The position numbers were made by a program, and so were the translations under genes. Positions 49,474 through 59,089 of a DNA stretch of 63,712 nucleotides are shown in pieces. Below the pieces are notes generated by a model. The model made no database searches. It saw only the letters and a program-made list of their open reading frames with translations, and had not been told where the DNA came from. Source of the DNA: Candidatus Scalinduaceae bacterium (GTDB taxonomy: Bacteria > Planctomycetota > Brocadiia > Brocadiales > Scalinduaceae); assembly GCA_046759445.1 (NCBI GenBank), contig JBHICG010000012.1:1-63712 (forward strand). The letters are read 5' to 3'. The first letter of the stretch is position 1. Each line of letters begins with the position of its first letter.

Positions 49474-49478
49474 ATAGA

Positions 49479-49814
49479 TTATTTCTTTTCTCTCATCTTC
49501 GTGATGCCGCAATGGCACAGACCCGGTTCATCTGATCCGGAACCACAGTCACAAAGGTTGCCACAATCACACTCATATTCAAGCTCATCGCTTGGTTCCC
49601 TCTCCGATGGTATAGTTGCCAGGCCGCAAACACATCTACCTCCTGGTTTTTTAGTTTCATATTCGCAAAGACAACCTCCGGGGCAGTTACAAATATAAAT
49701 CTTTGTTTCTTCAGCAGCTTTGACATCACCATCGAAGTAGAAGAGACCACTTAAAGTTATTGTGCCAATTGTCAATATTGTAATTACGATGTTCTTTAAA
49801 ACCTTAAACAACAT
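49479..49814 (-). CDS. Exported cysteine-rich (12 Cys) putative metal-binding protein
   Basis: AAGGAG RBS, signal-like N-terminus (VKA-AE), two CxCxxxCxC...GxCxCG repeats. Confidence 0.75.
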   Translation of the reverse strand: MLFKVLKNIVITILTIGTITLSGLFYFDGDVKAAEETKIYICNCPGGCLCEYETKKPGGRCVCGLATIPSEREPSDELEYECDCGNLCDCGSGSDEPGLCHCGITKMREKK

Positions 49815-49928
49815 TTAAATACTCCTTTCTACTTAAATGAATCTCCTTGAATTATTTTGCACAAACTAACCGCAGAGAACGCTGAGATCGCAAAGATTGA
49901 TAAGAACTTAACTCTAATTGACCACAGA

Positions 49929-50055
49929 GAGTGAACTAAAGTGAGCTAAAGTGTAAAGTGACTAAAGTAAACGCGTTAAACAAGTTTCACGATAAATTAA
50001 GAATTAAAAATATTAACTTTAGGCATTTTAGTCACTTTAGATCACTTTACACTTC
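49929..50055. repeat. AAAGTG/CACTTT iterated inverted element
   Basis: gtgaactaaagtgagctaaagtgtaaagtgactaaagt ... actttaggcattttagtcactttagatcactttacacttc. Confidence 0.75.
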
Positions 50056-50057
50056 TA

Positions 50058-50369
50058 TTACCCTTTTGCTTCCTTCATAGGTTTATCACAAACGCAGTTT
50101 CCCTCTTTATCTGACTTTGAGCCACAAACACATTCTCTCCCACATCCACATTCATACTTTAATGTTTCTGCCGGTCTTCTATCAGAAGGGAACAAGTTTT
50201 CCCCACACACACATTTGCCAAATTTGTTAGCCTCGAAATTACACTCGCACTCTCTGCCGCAATAACAAACAAAGATCTTCTTTTTTGCCGCGTTTGCATC
50301 AGAAATATATAAAAGGCAAATTGCATATAGAAATAAGATAGAAATGTATCGATACGATTTCTTAAGCAT
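50058..50369 (-). CDS. Exported cysteine-rich protein, paralog of 49479-49814
   Basis: AGGAGGTGA then ATG at 50369; signal peptide ending ANA; same double 6-Cys repeat. Confidence 0.8.
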   Translation of the reverse strand: MLKKSYRYISILFLYAICLLYISDANAAKKKIFVCYCGRECECNFEANKFGKCVCGENLFPSDRRPAETLKYECGCGRECVCGSKSDKEGNCVCDKPMKEAKG

Positions 50370-50405
50370 TCGTATCACCTCCTTTTTGAGTAAAATATGG
50401 GTGTA

Positions 50406-50434
50406 TTTATATATCATCTTTTATAATATGTCAA
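50406..50434 (-). promoter_or_regulatory. Putative sigma70 promoter for the Cys-rich gene pair
   Basis: TTGACA-17 nt-TATAAA on the minus strand. Confidence 0.5.
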
Positions 50435-50500
50435 TTAGGACTTTTTATTTTTGATGTTACAATTTTAAAACCACCGCCTATTCTAACACTTGCAAAGGGT

Positions 50501-50530
50501 AAGCTTCACCTTTTAGTGGTGGTTGTTGAC
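50501..50530 (-). mobile_element. IS200/IS605 (IscB-type) terminal hairpin remnant
   Basis: Minus strand gtcaacaaccaccactaaaaggtgaagctt resembles GTCAACxACC..CTAAA..GCTT ends; no transposase or IscB ORF. Confidence 0.45.
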
Positions 50531-50568
50531 TCTGTATTTTATTGCCTGAAAAGTATTGCTAATTAGTA

Positions 50569-50782
50569 TCTGTTGCGGAAAGTTTAAACGCCCAAAAATG
50601 TCATCGGCAATTCCTCAACAGCAGAATTGCTTAGGTAATTCTACTCACTGAGTATAAATAATCACACCTGAACCAGGTCATGAATTAAATTCAGGATCTC
50701 CGATTTCAGAATCTATATATATTAAGGTTTTAAGAGACCCTGAAAACGAGTTCAGGGTGACAATATAGTGTTTCAGCAACGA
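50569..50782. repeat. MITE/REP-like composite element
   Basis: Imperfect termini tgttgcggaaa / tttcagcaacg enclosing the hairpin accctgaa-aacgag-ttcagggtgaca. Confidence 0.45.
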
Positions 50783-50992
50783 ATTAGGTGAGCTACCGTG
50801 ATCTGTGTAGCCTAGAAAGCAAAGAGGCTATATATGGAAAACAAACAAAATAATAAAACGCAAAATGAACACACAGTTAACTCCACTGACATGTTAGGTT
50901 TTTTTTCTTATTAATAATTGAATTTTGAAGGTGACCCCAATTCTTTGCTTAAGAGGATGAAATATAACGACTATTATACTTTTCTGATTTTT

Positions 50993-51724
50993 TCATTTGC
51001 CCTCATCTTCAAACACCTTGGGAAGTACTTGTTGAGCTGCGTGAATTAAATCATATTCTGAATCATGGTAATTAACTTTATTGTGGGCTATGATATTACC
51101 ACACTTAACAAAGAAAACTCCATCATTTCTCAAGTTATTTTTCTTAAGATGACTTCCGAGATCATTTGGAAATATACCACCGATGTTTGACCAACATACT
51201 ATTGCACCAAGTTTCAAAGCTAATGGGACAATAGTCGGAAGTATTTTTTCTTTTAATATTTCCAGAATATTTTTTTCGCCCATCCCTTCCTCCGCTTTTA
51301 CTGTAAATAATATTACTGGTACCTCTGTTGATATAAATTTTAGTTGGCTAAATGAGTCAAGAACAATATACGGTTCTGTGTAATAATCTCCATTATAAGA
51401 ACCCATTACATGCTGTATTTCTCTATTCAACCTTTCTTGTTCATCATCCTCATATTTTCGATTCCCTACTAAGACTGCTTTGTCTTTTGTAAAAGCTATA
51501 CCAATCTTGAATAGCCCGAAAACAACCGCCCCTACAACAAAAATACCAAAAAATGAGGGAAGAAAAGTGAATAAAACATTAGGCAATGAGATATTTTGGT
51601 ATTGCCTCAAAAATTCAATATTATGAACGATACTATGATAGATACTAGGTAGAATAAACAAACAAAGAGCAAGTGCAAGACAAAAGAAAACACAAGAAAA
51701 GAAATAACGCAATGGACGAACCAT
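50993..51724 (-). CDS. Hypothetical membrane protein
   Basis: GGAGGT RBS before ATG at 51724; two TM segments then a soluble domain; AT-rich. Confidence 0.7.
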   Translation of the reverse strand: MVRPLRYFFSCVFFCLALALCLFILPSIYHSIVHNIEFLRQYQNISLPNVLFTFLPSFFGIFVVGAVVFGLFKIGIAFTKDKAVLVGNRKYEDDEQERLNREIQHVMGSYNGDYYTEPYIVLDSFSQLKFISTEVPVILFTVKAEEGMGEKNILEILKEKILPTIVPLALKLGAIVCWSNIGGIFPNDLGSHLKKNNLRNDGVFFVKCGNIIAHNKVNYHDSEYDLIHAAQQVLPKVFEDEGK

Positions 51725-51865
51725 AAAAAACACCTCCAAACAAAAAATTAGGGAAAAAGAAAAATTATAATTAAACAATCATAGTTTTCTGCCTAACGAA
51801 AGTATAAGCTACCGCTGCTTGAGCAGCATGGTAGCAAAAAGACCATCCCCTTCTTCTACCCAATC

Positions 51866-52231
51866 TTAATATTTTTTTTGATAATATATTTCTAGCGCAA
51901 TTAACGCCGGAGCAAATATGGTAAAGTGTGGGATATATTCCCATAATTCCCCCTTTGCAAAACCTAATCCCCCACCAACAAAAATTAAGAAGTAGAACAG
52001 CGGCCGCACCTTCCAAAACCCTATAATAAACGCTGCATAAAAAAGTGATTGAAGTGGGTAAAATCAGAGTGCCATAAATCTAGGTTCTATTGATTCTCCG
52101 AGGGGAATTTGTTTAATAGGATTGTGTCCTAGTTTAAATTCTATAATTCCGACGCAAATGCCCAAAACCAAAAATATCAACACTCCAGGCGGAATCAAGA
52201 AAATTCTTACATCCTTCTTTTTACTTGTCAT
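51866..52231 (-). pseudogene. Membrane protein gene with internal in-frame TGA
   Basis: MTSKKKDVRIFLIPPGVLIF...FMAL*FYPLQSLFYAAFIIGFWKVRPLFYFLIFVGGGLG...YQKKY*; TGA at 52064-52066. Confidence 0.6.
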
Positions 52232-52276
52232 CAATTTCCCCTTTAAGTTACATAGAGTTGGGCTAACAGATACTAA

Positions 52277-54262
52277 TTAGCTACGACCTTCGATTAATTT
52301 TTCAACAACACCTGGATCTGCAAGTGTTGTGATATCGCCTAAGTTGTCAGTATTCTTCTCTGCGATTTTGCGAAGGATTCGTCGCATAATCTTACCGGAG
52401 CGAGTTTTTGGAAGTGAAGAAGCAAATTGAATTGCCTCAGGTGTTGCGATAGGGCCGATTTCTTTTCTAACATGCATAATTAACTCTTTCTTCAAATCAT
52501 CATTTTCCTTGACGCTATCTACCAGTGTTACAAAAGCATACAATCCCTGACCCTTAATATCATGTGGGACTGGAGTAACTGCAGCTTCTGCAACTTTATT
52601 ATGACTTACAAGAGCACTTTCAACTTCAGCAGTACCGATTCTGTGACCCGAAACGTTTACTACGTCATCAATTCTTCCCATTAGCCAATAGTCACCGTCA
52701 CTGTCAATTCGACATCCGTCACCAGCGAAATAGGTATCGTTATACATTTTAAAGTAAGTATCAATAAATCTATCGTGGTTACCCCACATAGTTCTCATCA
52801 TACCAGGCCAGGGCTTACGAATGCAAAGCTTACCACTTTCGTTTACGTCACACTGACCTCCATCATCACGAAGTACAGCGGCATCAACACCGAAGAATGG
52901 TTTGTTTGCACTACCCGGCTTAAGTGTATGAACGCCAGGAATAGGAGTAATCATAAAACCTCCACTCTCGGTTTGCCACCATGTGTCAACTATTGCACAT
53001 TTGTTTCGACCGATCTTCTTATAGTACCACATCCATGCTTCAGGGTTTATAGGCTCACCTACGCTGCCAAGGATTCTCAAAGAGCTTAATCTATACTTTG
53101 CAGGCCACTCATCACCAAGACGCATCAATGAACGAATAACGGTGGGCGCAGTGTAGAATACTGTAACGCCAAATTTGTCACAAATCTGCCAGAAACGACC
53201 AGCATCTGGATATGTCGGAACGCCTTCGAACATCAGTGTAGTTGTACCATTTGCCAATGGACCATAAACTATATAACTGTGCCCTGTAACCCAGCCAATG
53301 TCTGCCGTACACCAGTAAATGTCATCATCGTGAATATTGAAGACGACTTTATGCGTCAAAGTGGTGTGCATCAGGTATCCGCCAGTGGTGTGGACAACAC
53401 CCTTTGGTTTTCCAGTTGAGCCAGAAGTATAAAGGATAAATAGCATATCTTCAGCATTCATACGCTCAGCTTTACATTCATCAGAAGCATCAGCCATCAA
53501 GTCATGATACCATAGGTCTCTACCATCTTGCATGTTACATGGTTCGTCATTGACTTTTACAACTATGACACTTTCGATAGTAGGTGTGTTTTTAAGCGCC
53601 TCATCAGCTATATCTTTGAGTTTGATATGCTTGCCTGCACGTAGAGAAATATTTGTTGTGATTAGCATCTTACTATCTGAATCATTGACTCTACCCTGAA
53701 TAGCATCTGCGCTAAAGCCACCGAATATTATAGAATGAATTGCACCTATACGAGTACAGGATAGCATAACGATTGCGAGCTCTGGAATCATGGGCATATA
53801 AATGGCAACACGGTCACCTTTCTTTATACCTTTGGATTTCATAACATTTGCAAATTTACATACTTCTTTGTGAAGTTCTTCGTAAGTGAATTTTTTTACT
53901 TTATCATCTTCTTCGCCCTGCCAGATAATTGCGGTTTTCCTGGCAATGGGAGTTCCTAGATGGCGATCTAGGCAGTTGTATGAAACGTTTAGTTCCCCAT
54001 CTGCAAACCAAGTGTGTTCAATCTTACGAGATTTGGTGTCCCATGTGTACTCAAGACTCTTGGTTGGTTTTTTAAACCATGTTAAGGTCTTAGCTTCCTC
54101 CAGCCAAAAACCATCAGGATCTTTGATTGACTTTTCCCACATTTCCTTATATTGTTCTTCGCTTGATACATAAGCATTAGCTTTTAGTTCTGGAGGCGGC
54201 GGAAATCTCCTGCTTTCAGTTGTGGGTGAGTCCATTTTCTTATCTTTTTGCTTGTCAGTCAT
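52277..54262 (-). CDS. acs: Acetate--CoA ligase (AMP-forming)
   Basis: YTSGSTGKPKG, WCTADIGWVTGHSY, SVGEPINPEAW, DTWWQTE, PKTRSGKIMRR. Confidence 0.96.
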   Translation of the reverse strand: MTDKQKDKKMDSPTTESRRFPPPPELKANAYVSSEEQYKEMWEKSIKDPDGFWLEEAKTLTWFKKPTKSLEYTWDTKSRKIEHTWFADGELNVSYNCLDRHLGTPIARKTAIIWQGEEDDKVKKFTYEELHKEVCKFANVMKSKGIKKGDRVAIYMPMIPELAIVMLSCTRIGAIHSIIFGGFSADAIQGRVNDSDSKMLITTNISLRAGKHIKLKDIADEALKNTPTIESVIVVKVNDEPCNMQDGRDLWYHDLMADASDECKAERMNAEDMLFILYTSGSTGKPKGVVHTTGGYLMHTTLTHKVVFNIHDDDIYWCTADIGWVTGHSYIVYGPLANGTTTLMFEGVPTYPDAGRFWQICDKFGVTVFYTAPTVIRSLMRLGDEWPAKYRLSSLRILGSVGEPINPEAWMWYYKKIGRNKCAIVDTWWQTESGGFMITPIPGVHTLKPGSANKPFFGVDAAVLRDDGGQCDVNESGKLCIRKPWPGMMRTMWGNHDRFIDTYFKMYNDTYFAGDGCRIDSDGDYWLMGRIDDVVNVSGHRIGTAEVESALVSHNKVAEAAVTPVPHDIKGQGLYAFVTLVDSVKENDDLKKELIMHVRKEIGPIATPEAIQFASSLPKTRSGKIMRRILRKIAEKNTDNLGDITTLADPGVVEKLIEGRS

Positions 54263-54337
54263 TTTATAATCTCCTATCTAGATAATTCGAAGTATTTTAA
54301 CATCGTTGCCATAAAATGTCAAAGTGTGGATTGTTCA

Positions 54338-56449
54338 TTATTTTATAATGATCCTTGCATCAACAACCTTACATCCTTTACCTTTATTGAAAACTCTTAA
54401 TGGGTTAATATCCAGTTCTAATATGCTTTCAAAATCGATAACTAACTGAGATATCCTTTCCAGACATTTGGCTATTGCATCAATGTCAGATGGTTTTTCA
54501 CCCCTCACACCTTCAAGTATCTTATATGCACGTATTGACTTTATCATCCTTATTGCGCTGAGAGAGCGAATCGGGGCCAGCCTGAATGTGACATCCCTTA
54601 TTGCTTCTACATAAATACCTCCCAGGCCGAACATAAGCAAAGGTCCGAATTGAACGTCTCTATTCATGCCGATAATAGCCTCTTTGCCGCCTTCAATCAT
54701 CTTCTGCACGGTCATACCCTTAATCTTTGCATCAGGTTTATGTGATTTCACGTTAGCCACAATTTTTCTGTATGAACTAATCAACTCATTTTTGTTCTTT
54801 AAATCTAGTCTTACACCTCCAACATCAAACTTATGCAATATGTCAGGAGACGCTACTTTTGCTACTACCGGGTACCCAAACCTCTCGGCGGCAATTGCAG
54901 CATCATCTTCATTGGTAGCAAGGATGGAATCAACAACAGGAAGTCCATATGCCTTAAACACACTTAAGGCTTCTTGTTCAAAGAGAAATGACCTTTTCTC
55001 GTTCTTAACTTTGTTGATTATCCTGGATACTGCTTTCTTATTTACTTTAAATTTTCTCACTCTGGTTCTTGGCCGTTCTGTCCACCACGAATACTCATAC
55101 ATATTTGAGAGTGCCCTTGCAGTTACTTCTGGAAAGCTATAGTGTGGAATATTATTTTCCTCCAGTATCATTATGCCCTCACTTACATCAAACAGACCCA
55201 TAAAGCAGCATAGTACAGGTTTATCATATTTTGCTGAAGTGGTTGCGATTACCTTTGCAATCTCTTTTATATCCGTAACGGCCGCCGGAGTAAGGATTAC
55301 GATTACGCCGTCTATATTTGAATCCTTTAATATGCTGTCCAGGGCAATTCCGTATCTATCACTGGTGGCGTCTCCAAGGACGTCCACAGGGTTGTTGGTA
55401 TTTGCAGCGGGGGGTAATTTTGCCTTAAGCTTCTTTGTTGTGTTTTTCTGGAATGCAGGTAATTCGAGATTGTATTTCACACATGCATCAGTCGTTATTA
55501 TTCCGGGGCCACCCGCATTTGTTATTATGGCCATTCTTCTACCTTTAGGAAGCGGTTGTTTGGCAAAGGCTTTCCCATAGCTGAATAGTTCCTCCATTGT
55601 CTCTACCCTCAATACTCCGCATTGCGCAAAGATTGCATTGTAAACATCGTCACTGCCGGAAAGTGAACCCGTGTGTGAAGAGGCGGCTCTTGCGCCCTGA
55701 GGTGTACGGCCAGATTTTATAGCCAATATTGGTTTTCTTGACGTTATTTTTCTGGCAATATTTATAAACTCCCTTCCGTTTACTAGATCCTCTATATACA
55801 TAAGAATAACGTCTGTATTTGGATCTTTCTCCAACATTGATAATAAATCATTTTCCATAATATCGGCCTTATTGCCCATGCTGACAAACTTGGAGAAACC
55901 AATATACTCACTTTTTGCATAGTCCAGGATAGCCGCACAAAGAGCGCCACTTTGTGAAATAAACGCAATATTTCCCTTTTTAGGTATAGTCCTAGAAAAA
56001 GTTGCATTGAGAGATATGTCTGAAGAAGTATTAATTATCCCAAAACAATTTGGACCAATTAAAGACATAGAATATCTGTTTGCAATCTCTTTTACTTTTC
56101 TCTCAAGTATTATCCCCTCTCCGCCTATCTCCTTAAATCCAGCGCTTATAATGACAATAACCTTTACGCCTTTAAGCCCGCACTCCTTAATAACTCCAGG
56201 CACAAAATCTCTGGGTACTATGATAATTGCCATATCGACGCTGTCAGGTATTTCCATAATGCTGGAATAACATTTAACACCGATTATGCCCTTTGACTTG
56301 GGATTAACCGGATACATAATACCATTGTATTTATTAAGCAGGATATTGGAAAATATGGAGCGACCCACTGTTCCATCCCTTGTTGAAGCTCCAATTACGG
56401 CAATGGATTTTGGTGAAAAGGCATATTCTAATTGTTTCATCTTGTCCAT
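54338..56449 (-). CDS. ADP-forming acyl-CoA synthetase, fused alpha/beta (AcdAB-like)
   Basis: PKSIAVIGAS, GPNC.G, SQSGA, SHTGS phospho-His, TNAGGPG, NPVD; ATP-grasp HK.DVGGV, DINP. Confidence 0.92.
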   Translation of the reverse strand: MDKMKQLEYAFSPKSIAVIGASTRDGTVGRSIFSNILLNKYNGIMYPVNPKSKGIIGVKCYSSIMEIPDSVDMAIIIVPRDFVPGVIKECGLKGVKVIVIISAGFKEIGGEGIILERKVKEIANRYSMSLIGPNCFGIINTSSDISLNATFSRTIPKKGNIAFISQSGALCAAILDYAKSEYIGFSKFVSMGNKADIMENDLLSMLEKDPNTDVILMYIEDLVNGREFINIARKITSRKPILAIKSGRTPQGARAASSHTGSLSGSDDVYNAIFAQCGVLRVETMEELFSYGKAFAKQPLPKGRRMAIITNAGGPGIITTDACVKYNLELPAFQKNTTKKLKAKLPPAANTNNPVDVLGDATSDRYGIALDSILKDSNIDGVIVILTPAAVTDIKEIAKVIATTSAKYDKPVLCCFMGLFDVSEGIMILEENNIPHYSFPEVTARALSNMYEYSWWTERPRTRVRKFKVNKKAVSRIINKVKNEKRSFLFEQEALSVFKAYGLPVVDSILATNEDDAAIAAERFGYPVVAKVASPDILHKFDVGGVRLDLKNKNELISSYRKIVANVKSHKPDAKIKGMTVQKMIEGGKEAIIGMNRDVQFGPLLMFGLGGIYVEAIRDVTFRLAPIRSLSAIRMIKSIRAYKILEGVRGEKPSDIDAIAKCLERISQLVIDFESILELDINPLRVFNKGKGCKVVDARIIIK

Positions 56450-56581
56450 CAGTCTTTACCTTGTAAAAGTTAACGAGTTAAGTTAACCCTCCCGACGGCA
56501 GGCGGGGAAGCCCCCTTATCATAAAGTAGCAAGTAGAGTATAGAAAAGTAAAAAGATAAAAATCTCTCTACTCGTTACTCT

Positions 56582-58729
56582 CTACTTTTTCTTAAGAATA
56601 ACCCTCGCATCTACCGCTATTACACCTTTTTCATAAACTAACAAAGGGTTTAGTTCCACTTCTTTTATATAGTCAATATTTGAAATTAATTGTGAAATAG
56701 TAACAATTGTTTTAGTTAGTTGTAGTATATCAAGTGGTTTAGCACCTCTATAACCTGATAAAGTGGAATATCCCTTGATCTCCTTTATCATTTCCAGAGC
56801 TTCTGTTTCTGTTACTGGTGCAATCCCGAATGTTACATCTTTAAATAGTTCAACAAAAACACCTCCCAGGCCAAACATAACGGTTGGCCCAAACTGTTCA
56901 TCCCTTATACCACCTACAATTACCTCTGTTGTTTTTGGTGCCTGTTTCTCTACCAACATTCCCATAATGTTAGCATCTGGCACTTCCTTGATTAAATTAT
57001 TCATAATCTCATCATAATTTCTTTTAACTTCTTTTTCATTCTTTATGCCAACGACTACACCTCCCACATCACTTTTATGCAGTACATCCGATGAAACTAT
57101 CTTTAAGACAACTGGAAAGCCAATTGCCCTCGATGCACCTAATGCTTCTTTGGCCGTTTTCACTAGAACGCAATCAGGAGTCGTAATCCCGCATGATTTG
57201 ATAATACATAAGGCTTCGTCAGGAAATAATGTCTTCCTTCCTGAAGATATTGCATTTTCTATAATTATCACTGCGTCCTTAAATCTTGCAGTATCAACAA
57301 TCATTGAAGTTTTCTGACGCGGGATGAGGGGAATACTCTCAATGTGTGATCTTATTCTACCACTTTCTACTAATAAACTCATAGCCTTCACACATCTTTC
57401 AGGTGATGGAAAAACTGGGAGGCCTTTCTCCTCAAACATAACCTTGATCTTCCTGGTATATTCTCCACCAATTGTGCAGATAACGACAGGTTTTCCTGAT
57501 TCCTTTGCCCTTTGTGAAACAATTTTAACCACTCCTTCCGTCATAGTTTGAGGCGGCATCAGCGGTATTACAATTGCAGCATCAAAAGAATCATCGTCAA
57601 CCAATGCAGATTTCATTGCTATATCGTAATCTTCATCCACTGCACTACCCGTCAGGTCAATCGGATTATCTAGAATGTAATATTCTGAAACCCTCTTCGA
57701 AAGCGCTTCCTTGACACCGGAAGGCGTTCTTGCAACATCAAGACCGTTAACACCACACATATCCGATACTACAACACCAACTCCACCACCATTTGTTATA
57801 ATGAGTATTTTATTTCCTCTAGCCGGTTTTTGCATCAATAGTACCTTACATGCGTCAGTAAACTCTTCAAAACCATTTACTTCTACTATTCCAGACTTCT
57901 TGAAAGCTGCTTTGTAAATTTCGTATTTACCAGCAATTGCTCCAGTATGTGACCTTGCCGCATCAATTCCAGAAATCCTTTTACCAACCTTTAGCACAAT
58001 CATGGGTTTAGACCTTGAACAACGATTGGAAGCACTGATAAACCTTCTGCCATCATCAACAGATTCCATATAAATTACTATTACGTGCGTTGATTCATCA
58101 GCAGTAAGATACTCAATCAGTTCAGATTCTCCTATATCAGCTCTATTGCCATAACTCACAACTTTTGAAACCCCGATACCTTCTTGAGCCAGCATGTCCA
58201 GTACACAAATGGCAAAGGAACCACTTTGTGATAATATACTCAAGTGCCCTTTCGCTGGTCGCTTAACCCTTTCCCAGGGCAAGAATGATGTACTGAAGTT
58301 AGAATAATTATCTAAAACACCAATACAATTAGGGCCAATTATACTTATACCTTCTTCTTTGGATATAGTTTTTATTTCTTCTTCAATTGCTATTCCTTTA
58401 TCGCCCAATTCTCCAAAGCCTCCACTTACAATTATCGAATTTCTTATTCCGCACATGGCTTGTTGTCTAAGAACTTCTGGAACGAGATAGGAGGGAATCG
58501 CTATTACTGTCAGTTCTATCCGTTCTTTGATATCGAGGAGCGAGGAATAACACTTAAGCCCAAAAACCTCTTTATGCCTTGGATTGACAGGTAAAAGTCT
58601 CCCTTTGAATCCCATTTTAATGAGGTTTGCGATAATCGTTGATGTGATGTTTTGTGGATTCTCTGTTGCACCAATTATGGCTACAGATTTAGGATTGAAG
58701 AATTTCTCTAAGGCCATGATGTTATACAC
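56582..58729 (-). CDS. ADP-forming acyl-CoA synthetase, fused alpha/beta (second paralog)
   Basis: PKSVAIIGA, GPNCIG, SQSG, SHTGA, TNGGG.G, NPIDLTG, HKSDVGGV, ELNP. Confidence 0.92.
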   Translation of the reverse strand: MYNIMALEKFFNPKSVAIIGATENPQNITSTIIANLIKMGFKGRLLPVNPRHKEVFGLKCYSSLLDIKERIELTVIAIPSYLVPEVLRQQAMCGIRNSIIVSGGFGELGDKGIAIEEEIKTISKEEGISIIGPNCIGVLDNYSNFSTSFLPWERVKRPAKGHLSILSQSGSFAICVLDMLAQEGIGVSKVVSYGNRADIGESELIEYLTADESTHVIVIYMESVDDGRRFISASNRCSRSKPMIVLKVGKRISGIDAARSHTGAIAGKYEIYKAAFKKSGIVEVNGFEEFTDACKVLLMQKPARGNKILIITNGGGVGVVVSDMCGVNGLDVARTPSGVKEALSKRVSEYYILDNPIDLTGSAVDEDYDIAMKSALVDDDSFDAAIVIPLMPPQTMTEGVVKIVSQRAKESGKPVVICTIGGEYTRKIKVMFEEKGLPVFPSPERCVKAMSLLVESGRIRSHIESIPLIPRQKTSMIVDTARFKDAVIIIENAISSGRKTLFPDEALCIIKSCGITTPDCVLVKTAKEALGASRAIGFPVVLKIVSSDVLHKSDVGGVVVGIKNEKEVKRNYDEIMNNLIKEVPDANIMGMLVEKQAPKTTEVIVGGIRDEQFGPTVMFGLGGVFVELFKDVTFGIAPVTETEALEMIKEIKGYSTLSGYRGAKPLDILQLTKTIVTISQLISNIDYIKEVELNPLLVYEKGVIAVDARVILKKK

Positions 58730-59024
58730 TAGGAACTGTCAGACAATAACCTTTACACTCAAAAATTTTAATACCCGTTTATTGTTACTAATAGAAAAGA
58801 TATATTGTAAAAGTTAATATCTGATATCCACTTAATCATTGCATGATAGTGGGGATAAAAAAATATTAAAGGCAAAATAAGGATAAGTCCAAAACCCATA
58901 TAAATCAAGGGAAAATAGAATATCCCTAAAAAGGTATTAAAATGTTTAAAAAAAATTGCAATTTTTACGATTGTAGATTACTATTATTTTCAGAGTATTA
59001 AAGTAGATGTAGAAATAAACTGAC

Positions 59025-59074
59025 GTAGGGCAAGGCTTTAGCCTTGCTCAAAGCAAACCTAAGGGTTTGCCTTA
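59025..59074. repeat. GTAG-type REP pair
   Basis: gtagggcaaggctttagccttgc ... gcaaacctaagggtttgccttaa. Confidence 0.6.
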
Positions 59075-59089
59075 ATTCTGATAAGACAT

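Noticed and set aside
51771..52016. 81-aa ORF from the track
   Set aside because: It is a shadow of a better, RBS-led membrane-protein frame starting at 52231
52064..52066. Selenocysteine or genome-wide TGA recoding
   Set aside because: Hydrophobic non-redox context, no evident SECIS hairpin, and TGA terminates many ordinary genes here
54666..58817. Multiple plus-strand ORFs of 66-158 aa
   Set aside because: Antisense shadows of the acyl-CoA synthetase genes; the same holds for most short nested ORFs in the track
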